Source of the DNA: Klebsormidium nitens
Lineage: Eukaryota > Plantae > Klebsormidiophyceae
NCBI GenBank assembly: GCA_000708835.1
Contig: DF237100.1
Span: 108,628-172,627 of the forward strand
Length of the DNA: 64,000 bases
Reading direction: 5' to 3'
Position 1 is the stretch's first letter; every line of letters starts with the position of its first letter. This document shows, piece after piece, positions 24,401 through 35,617 of this stretch. The notes beneath the pieces were generated by a model that had not been told where the DNA came from, did not search any database, and worked only from the letters and a program-made list of their open reading frames with translations. A program made the position numbers and the translations under genes.

Positions 24401-27400
24401 CCATCTTTGGTCGGACGAAGTGTTCACAAAACATGCAGAGTAGGTTGGAGGTAGCCGTCTAACTTGCTGAAGGTCAAAGTCGAGAGTCTTGTGCGTCACG
24501 CCAGAATTTATACTGGAGGCGAAATTGCGCAAAAGGGTTCCTCATCCCCTTCCTCTCCCAAGTGAGAATCTGGTTCTGGAAAAATGCTGAACGGACCTTG
24601 ATCACACAGCGGGGCGTCTCCGATCAATGGCAACATGAGAACGCGAAGATTGGCGGCCAAGCTTGTTCAACTTGGCCTCAAGAAAGATTGCCACAGATCC
24701 CAACGGTTGACCGGCAAAAGTGAGGTGACGGGATTGTTAATGCTAGCTTGAAGAGCAAACAAGCTTTCCATGAATGCTTGCACATATACTCGTAGACCGA
24801 GCCTGTAGCCGTAACGTCTCAACAAGAATCATATTCTCACCTCACTAAATCCAAGTGAGTCCTGCTTAGACAAGAAACAAGTTCATCCCTCGTCCTTTAC
24901 CAAAGTCAAAACGAGCAACGACCGTCCGTTGGTGCCTTGTCAAGGCAGTAAGAGAACGAACGACCATCCGTCTTTTGGCGTCCCGTCAAAGCAGAAAGAA
25001 AACGAACGACCGTCCATTGGCGCACCCCGTCGAACCAGAAAGCGTAACGACAGCCTGAAGCCTACCACTTTCCAATTCAACCTCCGCAATAATATTCGAC
25101 TTGGGAACTTGAGAGCGAAATTGCTGACACTGCCCTTTTCCTTGCTCGTTTTCTGGCCCCCACCTGCATAGCGGAGTCAAAGCCCAGTCCTGCCAGAATC
25201 TTGGACGCCCTCGCGTCCGCTGACTCGGCACCAATCTCCTTCATGCGCTCGTAAATCACCGTCAAGCGATCCGCCGCCGCTGCCTCTTCTTCCTCGTCAA
25301 CATCTTTGCTGTCGTCATCTAACGTCAGGGCCTGTCCAAAACGAGACAGAAGGTCAGCGCACCAAGGAAAAGCTTCATTGACGGTTGGAAACAGCTTCCA
25401 ACAAGACATCGGTTAGCAACCTCGCGCAGTCAAAGTGGCAAACAATGGAGGGGACCCAAGGTATTACTCGACCCAACGCTCCCGCAAGTCTCGTCTCTGC
25501 ATGAAAAGCACGTTGAGTACGGTATATAGCACCTGACTACAAAGACTGACAATCGCTGTGTCTGCAGAACAGATTCATTTTGCTCATATCATCTCACCAC
25601 TCTGCTCCAACTCGTTGCCGCAACTGTGGGGACAATCTGTCAGTTCCCTCTGTCTGAGAACGATTCTTCCCAATTCAGAAGGAAAGGATATGCGGCCTGA
25701 GACTCCCTCACCTGTAACCGCTGCTCCTCCTCTCTGAGCGACACAAGCTCCTGGTCTGCCGCCACCACCGCCTCCAACGCACTCTTGTCCTCGCCCACGA
25801 CCTGACATCAGCATAAGAAATGCAAGGGTCAGAACAAGGGTCGTCCGAGGACCCTGACATATTACATATCCGAGCATCACAAACATAAGCAAGATGCTGC
25901 TCGGGCAAAGTAAAGCCTTCATGACATTCCCCTCGTCACTGACTCCGTTTTGCATGCTCTGACATTTTGATTGCTGTTACGACGTGCTACGAACTGCGGA
26001 CATATCATTCTTCAGAGAATGGTTATGTTGGAAAAGATTTGACACCCCCGAGGAAACATTGATCGACGGAGGTGAAAGTGCCGATCCTTGGGAGAAACAA
26101 AGTCCGCCAGTAATTTACAAATCGCACTCATCAAACAACTTGTTTACCACAAGGATACTTGGCCTGAAGTCTTGTTTCAGCCCATCGCACAGGCGGGACA
26201 CCAAAACTTATCAAATCGAGACCCTGGTTTCAAGAAGCACACGCACACGGATAACCACTGGCAAAACCCTCACCTCCTGTTCCACTAGCAGGACGTCAAT
26301 ATTCTTCGGGATTGGTATTTGTCGCGTGGACACCAGTTTGAGCAGCGTCGTTTTGCCCTTCCCGTTCGGCCCCACGAGGCCGTACCTCCTGCCCGCAACG
26401 ATGTTCAAGTTCGTGTTCACTAGCAGCTCCTTCCCCTTCGCCGACACCGAAAAGTTCTCCACCTTGACATCCCTACTGTTCGCGTCGACCGCTTCTTGCT
26501 CCCCCTCTAGTTGGCTGGACCGCGAAGCCACGGCCACCGAGAAAGCATTCATGTCGTCCCGCAGGGCCTCTTCTTTTATTTTGAGCGCCGCGGCCGCTTG
26601 CTGCATCTCTTTCCGTTCCCGCTTCTTGGCTTCGCGGTCTGTCACCGATGTGTCTAGCTCTGCAGCGTCGGACTTTGCGCTCACAGAGACAGGTCTGGAC
26701 CCGGATGAGCTGGCCTGGAGATAAGTTAGAGAAAGTTTAGTCGAAGGAGAATCCTGTCTTGTGACTGGGGCAAGTCAGCATCACCCGGGGTTGTGCAGTT
26801 CAGAGGACATATTCGAAGGCCTTCTGAGAGTATCCGCCCGGGTTAAACAAACGACAATCATAGAAGAAAGTTCCTCTGATACAGGCTTCCTGAGAAAGCT
26901 GCCTTTTCAAGCCTGGAAGCAGGTTTCGATGAGCAGAAGACTGCCCACGCAGCCCCGACATGCGCAATGCAACCCTGAGCAATCGGCGACAGGCGCTCTG
27001 CTTGTAAAAGTGGGCGGGCCCTTAGCTTGGTTTCCCCCCTCCAATCAGAGATCCAAAGGTGATCACATCACAAGAATATGGATATGTGAAGGGCACAACG
27101 AACGACAGAAAGACAAAGGAGAGGGCAGAGCGGCCAAACCAGGCAGCAGATCTAAGACTGATCACAGGCAGGATTTGAGTCGAATCTGATTCAGAACCAA
27201 ACATATACTTGGTAATGGTCATGCATAAGGAGACGCTTTCAACAAACATCCCATCGCAGCATTGGTGGAAAAACTTACCTTAGCACCGCCAGCTGCTCCG
27301 GCTCCTTCTTCCTCTCCCTCTAGTTCCTCCTCATCATCAGACGGCGGAAGATCAATCCCCCCAAGATAGCTATCTCCCGGCTTCGGGCCTCCTTTTCCTT

Positions 27401-27584
27401 TCAGCTGTGGCTTTGGCTTTGGCTTGGCCTTTGTCTTCTCTTCTGCAGGAGCACTGCTGCTCGACTTTGCAGAAGAACTCTTCCTTGTGTCCCTATCTTT
27501 CCTCACGCTGACCTGTGCGGAGGTGAAATCATCAACCGCATCAGCGCCGGAGGGCGACTTCTTGACAGTCTTCTCACGGACCAT
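21488..27584 (-). CDS. ABCF4: ABC-F family ATPase (GCN20/ABCF4-like), 8 exons, intact
   Basis: Two ABC cassettes ([27 protein letters not shown] and [27 protein letters not shown]) with no TM domains. Exons start at 27584 and lie near 26280-26717, 25710-25800, 25165-25333, 24048-24302, 23043-23600, 22275-22450 and 21488-21740. Confidence 0.95.
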
Positions 27585-28421
27585 GGCTGCGACTTTTGCA
27601 ACGAGCGCGCAATGCTGACCAGATCGACCAAGGCGTTGATTTTTCAAGCAGAAATCCTAAACTTCTACCTCTCATACAAAGTCAAGGACGAGGAAATAGC
27701 CCCTCCAGAGTCCAGAAGATCTGCTGGCAATTGAGGCTTGAGGAACTGCTGTCAAGAAGTGTCACTGTCATGAGTGACAAACTCGCAAGTTGCAAGCTGA
27801 GCGCTCGCTGTACAAACTTCATGCAAAGCTCAAAATTGATTCTAAATTTTTTGAAGATTGAAGCAGCAGAAGGCAGCGGCAATTCATGCTGACAACGTAA
27901 AAACCTGAGCGCCAAATATGATCATAAGCAGCGGTTTCTACACTATACGACGCGACGCTTTTGACGTTTGTTGAACGAATATGGCTGGGCCTCCCAGATT
28001 TCGGAGGCTAGGTACTAATAGATACCGAAAATTGGAACTTTCCATTTTGTAGAATTCATTGCAGATTCATCGACACGTGAAATTAATGTACCGTACCCTA
28101 TGATCGGGCCAGCTTTTGCTGGCTCGTATATGCAGCTGTCCAAATACCATCGGGGCATAAACAAAAGGGACAAACTGGGACAAACGTGTTACATATGTAG
28201 TACTAGTATTACCGAGCGGGTCCAAATTTCGAAGAGAGTTCTTGGAGAAGGCGCTTGCTGATTGAATGAACTTGATCAGCTGGTGGCAGCAGGAGGAAGG
28301 GGGAGGAAGGGGGAGGAAGCGCGAAGAGCAAGTAGCGAGCAGCTGTCATCAGTGAGCAGCGAGGGGTTCTGCCCAGTCCATGCCTTGGGCACAGCTGCCA
28401 TTTTATGAGCACTGAGTCAGC
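27585..28421. promoter_or_regulatory. Divergent intergenic region between ABCF4 and the GLTSCR1-domain gene
   Basis: About 840 bp between oppositely oriented ATGs; site-II-like TGGGCC/GGGCC motifs near 27985 and 28105. Confidence 0.4.
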
Positions 28422-30815
28422 ATGTCTGCAGCTGCCGCATTGGTGTCAAAGAGTGGCCCAGCCGTATCGCCCAGCAGCAGTGGTGACAGTGACGTTCCGC
28501 TTGGCACTCAAGCCCTCCAGGCATCTGCCACCAGCAGTGGGGCGAAGGGCGGATCTAAGCCAGGTCCCAAACCGGGCACCAAGTACAAAACACGGGTGTA
28601 CAAGGTCAAACCCGGGCCAAAGCCAAGGGACTCTGACGGCAATGTGATAGAGAAGGCGGAGTACGCACATGGGAATTACCACCGCGAGGTCTTGACAAAG
28701 GGCACCCTGCCCCCGAAAAGTCCGTCCGTGACGCCGTCCCCCGTTGTGAAGCACACCCCAGCCCCGTCTAAGTTCCCCGATGCAGCGGACTTGGATCATA
28801 AGAGGGATACAGACCTGCGGCGGAAGCACGAGGTGGAGCAGGCCAGGCTTGATGGGAAGAAAGTGGCGACCCCGGACGTAAAGCGGCCGTTTTCGAGTGT
28901 TGATGATGTCATCGACCGGTTGCTGCCGTACCATGTTCTGGCCAGCTATGACGCAGATGAGCTAGACCTGGAGCAGTGGCAGCGGGACGGTCAGTTGCCC
29001 TATGAATGAGTTTCGCTGATTGTCTGCTTGATGGTAGAGTTAAAAATTGGAGTATTTCAGAAGCTGGAAAGCCCCCTTCTGAGCATCGCTGGTAAATGAG
29101 AGGCGAAGGTGCCTTCCCAATTCAGCTCGTCAGAAGCGGGGGATAACTAATGCTTTTGTAATTGCTCTTATGTGTGGACACAGAGTGTTATGCAATCCGA
29201 CTTCTCGTGCATGCAACGCTGGAGATATTCAGCTGTCCAAAGCCCAGTCAAGGTGCAATCAAACCTGACTTGCAATTATCAGTGTTTTGGACTTCCGGAG
29301 TTTGACGCTCTGAAATTGAGAAGTGCGCCCGTGAAGCTTAGTGACAATCGGTTCCATCATCGTTAGCCTGTTTCATTCTTTTGGACGCTTCCTGGCTTAT
29401 ATGCCTCCCGGAGACCTTAGGGACCTGGCTACAAGGGAATTATGCCTTGTACATATTGATTATCACAGTGGGTCTGGCAAGGAAAGGACACCTGGATTTG
29501 CCACCTGCGATCTTTCAGCTTATCTGACCCTCCGAAAGGCACCTTATGCACACAGTTGACAGACTGTGTATTGCACCAAGACTGGATGAGATTCAAATTT
29601 GTTCATCAATCAATCTCACGTCTCAACTGATCGGTCGAATCTTCAACAAGCTCGTCTGTGCCCACCTGCTGAATCCCTTGTTCTTGGAGCAGAGGAATAA
29701 AACGAGCACGCTTTGAAACTCGAAGAAACGAGGATTTATGACTATTCTGCAGAGTCGCCGCTGCTGTGCTCGCGCGCACAGGCCTGGAAGGAGCTGCTCA
29801 TCGGACGCGCCGCCGAGTTCTCCACCCAGATGATGCAGCAGGTCGAGCGCTTCAACCGCGTCGTGCGCCGAAAGCTCGCCGGCCACGTACCAGGGGAAGA
29901 AACGCTTTTAGCGGCGAAGCTGTTGATCGAAGATGAACGCGCAAAGCTGGCGGCGGAGAAGAAGCTGCGACAGGAGGAGTTGGACCGGCGGCTCGAGGAG
30001 AAGCGGGCAGAGGAGGAGCGGAGGAGGAAGCAGGCAGAGGAAGCGGAGCGGGTTAGGTTAGAGCAAGAGCGTGTTAAGCAGGAGGAGGAGAGGGTCAAGG
30101 CCGAAGAGGAGAGGGTTAAGAAGGAGGCGGCTGAGAGGAGAGCGGTCGCTGCGGTTGCGGCAGAGGGGTCAGGGGAGTCGGAGGACGAAGGGGGGGAGTC
30201 GCAGTCAGGGGAGAGGGACGGGGAGGGCAACAGTGGGGGTGATGAAGGTGAGCGGTGGTCAAGGGACTCTGTCGTTGTCTTGCACGTCAAGAGCGGACAC
30301 AGAAAAAAATGGTGCCTTCGCAATGTGCTGGCAAGTCTCAAAGTTTCCTACGATTCGGTGCCCTCAGCTGTGTGGAAGTCCGGTTTTGCAACACCTTGAA
30401 ATCCTTGCCGTTGCTTTGATTAACATAGAAATCGCATGGCAGTTAGACCTAGTTCTGGATCAAAGCTTCTAGAAAGCCGAACTCCCCAGCACTGATTGCT
30501 TCAGATGGAGTATTAGCGACAACTGACGGATCGTATCGTCCTCGCTGTTACACAGCGAATTTAAGAGTTCGGAACAAGATTCTCATCTTTGCTTCTTCGA
30601 TTGTCTTCCTTCCAGAGGAAAGCGAGGATTCGGATGGCGCCGGCATCCTGATCAATAAACCATCTCATACAACAGATGGTAGTGAGCTTGTAAACTTCAA
30701 CAATCCTTTCTTGGGGTCCTCTGACTGGACGAAGCAGGGATCAGGTCTGAAAGGAGCGGGATATCCGCTCAAGAGCAGTGATAGTGGCACCCGAACAACA
30801 TCTGGAATAGATTGA
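28422..30815 (+). CDS. GLTSCR1/BICRA-domain protein (plant BRIP1/2-like SWI/SNF subunit), 3 exons
   Basis: Exons 28422-28989, 29753-30247 and 30616-30815 are phase-compatible. PDVKRPFSSVDDVIDRLLPYHV matches the GLTSCR1 core, and SRAQAW...AAEF...QVERFN...EE.L....L..ER resembles the plant BRIP proteins. A coiled-coil, E/K-rich tail follows. Confidence 0.82.
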
Positions 30816-31597
30816 TTGTCTCTGCCTTTAGAGTGACGTCGACTTTCGTACGCGCGCATCTGCTGGAACAAGTTGCATACCGATTACCTTGTCGAAAGAC
30901 GTGTTCTGGAATGTGCTTGAGAACGACATGCATGCTGCCCATGGTGGGCCCGACCGGAAGTGTTCCTCTCTAAGTTCCTTACAGCTGGCGCCGCCTTTTC
31001 ATTGTTGCCAAGTTTTGCAGCCGATCTCGAGGGATCAGTGCACATACTGCATACTGCAGGGTCATGCGTGATGATAAGAACATGTGATCGAGTTACGTAT
31101 ATTGTGATGTAAAAAGACCGTCATATGTACTAAGTCGATCATGCATGCGTGCTATGGCTTCAGAGCAAACAAATCCTATAGTCCGCCATGTGGCTGGGCT
31201 TGTCTTTGCGCTGCTGATACATTGTGGTCTACATATGTGCACCTGAGACGACATTCTAGAATGATCAACTTCGCGCATATATGTGGAAACGTGTAACACG
31301 TACTGTAAGTACAGAGTCAATCCTTCGACCTACTCGTTTGCCTACTGGCGGCAGGTTGAAAGCAATTCTCCAAATATTATAGAGCAAGGCAGAACGTAAG
31401 TTTGTTATGAACCTGACTCTGCTCGACTTCACAACAAACTGCTCAACACTGCGTTGTAGAAAGTTCAGTAAACTATGTCAGTAGCAACGAACTCTGACTA
31501 CAAGCCTCACGTCCCACCTCGCTGGATCCTTTATACGGGATGCTACTTTGGAAAACAAACCCCAAACTAGATCAGAACAGCCAGAATTGGTCGTCCT

Positions 31598-34154
31598 CTA
31601 GTACATGGCGGACACCTTCTGCCAGGAGGGGCGGCTGGAGATCCTCTGCCACCAGGCCCACACGTTGGGGTACTTCTTCAAAACAGCCTCGCCGCCCCCC
31701 TTGTTAACGTAGTAATCTGCCCAACAAAGACACATGAGTCAAGTCGATGCCAGACGTGTGGCAGTCGAAGGGCACACCCTGACGAGCCGCGTCTACAGAT
31801 CTACAGCATCAGCAGAAGTACCTCTGAATCCTGGTCAGGCACCTCAAGCGAGCCGAAAGGTGCGCTAAAAAGGGCATTCAAAAAGACCTACCTGTGTAGG
31901 CAAGGTGGGAGAGATCAGCGGCGGAGAAGCTGGAGCCATTGAGATACTCCTTGTCGGCCAAGTGAGCGTCGTACACAGCAAGCACCTGCGGAATAAGGCA
32001 ATGTGTTGAAGGGCCGTGAGTATACACACGAGGCGGTGGGAAGATAAGTTCAGCAAGGAAAGTAGAAGGTAGTCGTTAAGTTCGTTGGTTGAAGAAGCGC
32101 GGTTGAAGTCAAGCTATCATTCGACAGCGAACACATTGCGCGAGTCTTCTCAATCTGGAACTGTTTTTGCTTCAGATCGTTTAGACTAGGGGCACAACGG
32201 GCTCATCAGCAACTCGCTTTTGTTGGGTTGCTAGCAATGAAAGCCGGCTTGTGAGCGCACGCTAATCGAACACAATCTAAACGGATCACACGGCTGAAAC
32301 AAGAGGACGAGGCTGTGGATATCGAAGTACTCGCAGCAGGCCCTTGCAGAAGGTTCTGAGTGCCACGAAAGGCAACTTTCTGCCGGAGTAGCCTCACCTT
32401 CTCGAGCTTTTCAGTCTCCTGAGCAACAACCTTCTCATCCGTCTGCTGTCCATACATCGGAAGGAAGACCTTCTGTGCGACTATCGTGCTGAGTGGAGGG
32501 TTGTAGTTCTGGGCCTCAACCTGCAAACAACTCTCCACGAGTCAGATTATGTCTGACTTTCAATCAGTGGTGTGCGGCTTGAGCTAAGATAAATCACATG
32601 CATCAGATCTCCGCCACTGAAGGCTATCAGCTCCCCAACTGCAAAAGCTGTGTGTGATCCTTATGATGCAATCAACGATTATAGATCTTATACAGCAGAG
32701 TGCAATCTGGGTTTAGGTCAGATGTCTTGGCATTTAGCACACTGTCTTCGGTCGTCAACCAATGGTTCTGCTGCTTGGTCTACTCGTCTGACTTAGTTTT
32801 GGGGCTTGATTGCACTTGCAAAGGCAGCTTTTAGAAGAGCCCAAAGCAGCTTCTCAGTGAAAGCTTGCTCAAGCGTTCTGCTTTGTTTTAAGGTCCCTGA
32901 GGCAAAATCATACCTCAACCCAGGTATCAGTGAGGGCCTTCTCAGCAGCAGTCTTGCCCAACAGGTCTGTTCCCTGGCTCGCCCACTTGTTGCTAATGTA
33001 CCTGTGTGAGACGGTCCCAACTTTGGTACTTCACATTCTCACTTCAGACGAAGAATGGCCCTTTGAAACGAATTCAAAATTGGGAAGTGGATAGGTTGCC
33101 ACTTCGCTCCTGCTGAGTGTCCAGTTTAAAGGCGATTGGCATACATGTAGTAATCATAGTGTGCTCTGCTATGGCCCTTTGAATTATTATAGCCGTTCCC
33201 CTAAGTAAAACCGAGTTGTTCATGCAACCATACACTGGTTGATCTAATTGAAAACAAACAGACACGATGATCCATATGAGACATTGCAATCGGATTTTCC
33301 CTCCAAGCCATTCTCCCAGCAATGTCACATACCAAACTACAAGAAAGCAGGCGCACCTGGCGATTGCCCTCGACTCGAAAACCTTCACATCGCCGTCCTC
33401 GAAAGCGGGGATCTGGCCAAAAGGCTGCCTGGCCAGGTGGTCAGGCTGCTTGTGCGCTCCCTTGGAGAGGTCCACAGTGACCACCTCATAGGGAACGCTT
33501 TTCTGCGAGACAAAAGGTAAGAACAGTAAGCTCTTATTGATAGAACGTCATGCTCACTGGAAAAAAACCCAACGGAGATCAAACAGGATGTGCAAAGAAG
33601 ATGTATTGTAGAGGGTCATCAAGGAGATTCATCTGTTCCAGCTTGATACTGCTCATTGCTCAAATTATAATGCAAGTCCGGGAGACTCCGCTGACTCGAC
33701 ACACTGGCAAACGTGTGAATGCTCGCGGCAGGTCCTAAATGAACTGATGGTCAGAAAAACCTTTTCTGAAGGTTGAGAGAGTGGACAAGGCAGTTGGGGA
33801 GAACCGCTGCCCTACCTCCTCAAGCGTTGTAATCACCCGTCTGGTGCAGGTGCTCATATTCCTGTAATGCACAGAAGAAGGAAAAAAGCGCGTAAGGTTC
33901 TAGCACCCTGTCTACATTTGGCAACAACCTAGAAAGGATGGACCAAAGAAGCAATAGCAAGCAACAACTACAATCTGGGGCTGCACTCATAGAGGCAGCC
34001 AGCATCATAGATGCATCAGGCATAGCAGGCACTGAGGAAAATCTACATGCGAATAATCAGCCACTTCAGAAGAGGATGGAATCATCAGGACTGGATTGTG
34101 CTGTGACATACTGATCAAAACGACTTACATTCCATAGATGGTGACGGGGGCCAT
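31598..34154 (-). CDS. GSTF: Phi-class glutathione S-transferase, 7 exons, intact
   Basis: The spliced protein reads MAPVTIYGMNMSTCTRRV...[41 protein letters not shown]...WVEVEAQNYNP...YDAHL...YL.G..FSAADLSHL...PNVWAWWQRISSRPSWQKV, with all phases compatible. Confidence 0.93.
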
Positions 34155-34769
34155 CTTGCAAATTGGAGGTAGACTGGCGGCAGAGGCAGGAGCACTGGGT
34201 AAGACTAGCGAGTTATGCAGATGAGGAGACGCTTTGTTCTGAGGAAGCAAAGAGAAATGGCTTGTGCAAAGTTGAGCTCGGAGATAAGTGTGAGAGCGAT
34301 CAGAAAGCGGAAATTAAATACCTAGAGTACGTGTTGGGATGATTGGACCGAGATAGGCCCTAGTGCTGCTGGAACGAACTGCAGGGCGAACTGCAGAAGA
34401 AGTTGGATACTTCTGGAAGGCGGCAAAGTGCTCGTTCAGAACATGCTACATTACAACATTGCTGGAGGGGGACGTCATGGAGGTGGAGGTGACTATATGG
34501 GGTTCCCTCACAGACCCTCATAACCCGAGCCCCCTAATCCCACTTATTCTGCATCTTATGACTCTTATTGAACGGTAGAGAAGGCCAGGGCCGCCAGATT
34601 GAATTAATCTACGGATTAATCACAGGTTCCATTTTCCAACTCTTGTCAAGGGTTTGGTCCAACAGGCAGCTGTGGTTAGCCACTGCAGTTAGCCACTTCA
34701 AATTGGAGTTTGGCTCTACGCGCACCAACTTTAACGGTTGTTGCCAGTTGGTACTGCAAGTGCTACTAC

Positions 34770-34945
34770 TACAGCTCTTTGCCTCAAACCTGCCATCGGG
34801 TTTCAAATGTTCCGAGCGTGGTTCCTGATCTTAGACCATCCGATCGACGACGAGGAAGTCATCCAGCGGTTCAAGATCAGGAACGACTCGGAACCGTGCT
34901 CGGAGAGATCGGAACCCGCTGGCAAGTTTGACGCAAAGAGCTGTA
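34770..34945. repeat. Imperfect inverted repeat (hairpin) with ~65-75 bp arms
   Basis: 34770-34837 (TACAGCTCTTTGCCTCAAACCTGCCATCGGGTT...GGTTCCTGATCTT) pairs with 34868-34945 (AAGATCAGGAAC...AACCCGCTGGCAAGTTTGACGCAAAGAGCTGTA), with a loop of about 30 nt. Confidence 0.85.
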
Positions 34946-35617
34946 CCTACCGTACCTTCATTGCAGAGCTAAAACGCTAGCTTTACATGTAATGCCGCAT
35001 GCACAGCAACGGCCGCTAGAATCTGCATCTCTACTGGATCCTTATGATGACGCTCAATTGCCACATCTAACACCGGCCAAACGATATTGGACGGCCGCAA
35101 ATTGTACGTTAAAAGATGCTCGCGTCAGCATATTAGATGCACCGAGTTTACCTCGGCTTCACTCGATTTCACTCGATCCATTTCCTTCTGCTGGTTTCCG
35201 ACCTGGCACCGGCCACCTCGGAGCCAGCCGGGCCAGTACTCCCCTGGGGCAGGCCGAACCGGACGAGTCAAAGTCTGCCAGGTGATTACCCGGGTAGTAG
35301 ACTCGGTTCGACTTCGGGAGCAGCCGGGGCCGGGCCGAACGGCGGAAAAGTACGCTGAGCAGTTGCAATGTGGCATGTGCATTATGATGATGGCAGCCGT
35401 ACATTATTGACGTTGCATGTGCGCGCCACCGGCCCGCCGCGCCGGAGTCGCGGCCGCGGCCCGGCGGCCACCGTCAAGCTTGAAAATCTGATTTTGAGTG
35501 TCTTGAGTCCGCAACAAGAAGCTTCGCCAAACTAGTTGTCAACATACTCAAGTTCAGGTCTGATGGCTTCTCTGAGTCTACGACTCTGATGCCTGCTTGT
35601 CAGCAGAAACGAGCGCC

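Noticed and set aside
33074-33484. Initial idea of an eEF1B-gamma GST-like domain
   Set aside because: The spliced protein ends at ~215 aa with Phi-class motifs and no EF1B domain.
35250-35330. tRNA T-arm-like CTCGG-TTCGACT-TCGGG
   Set aside because: No D-arm, anticodon arm or acceptor stem at the right spacing.
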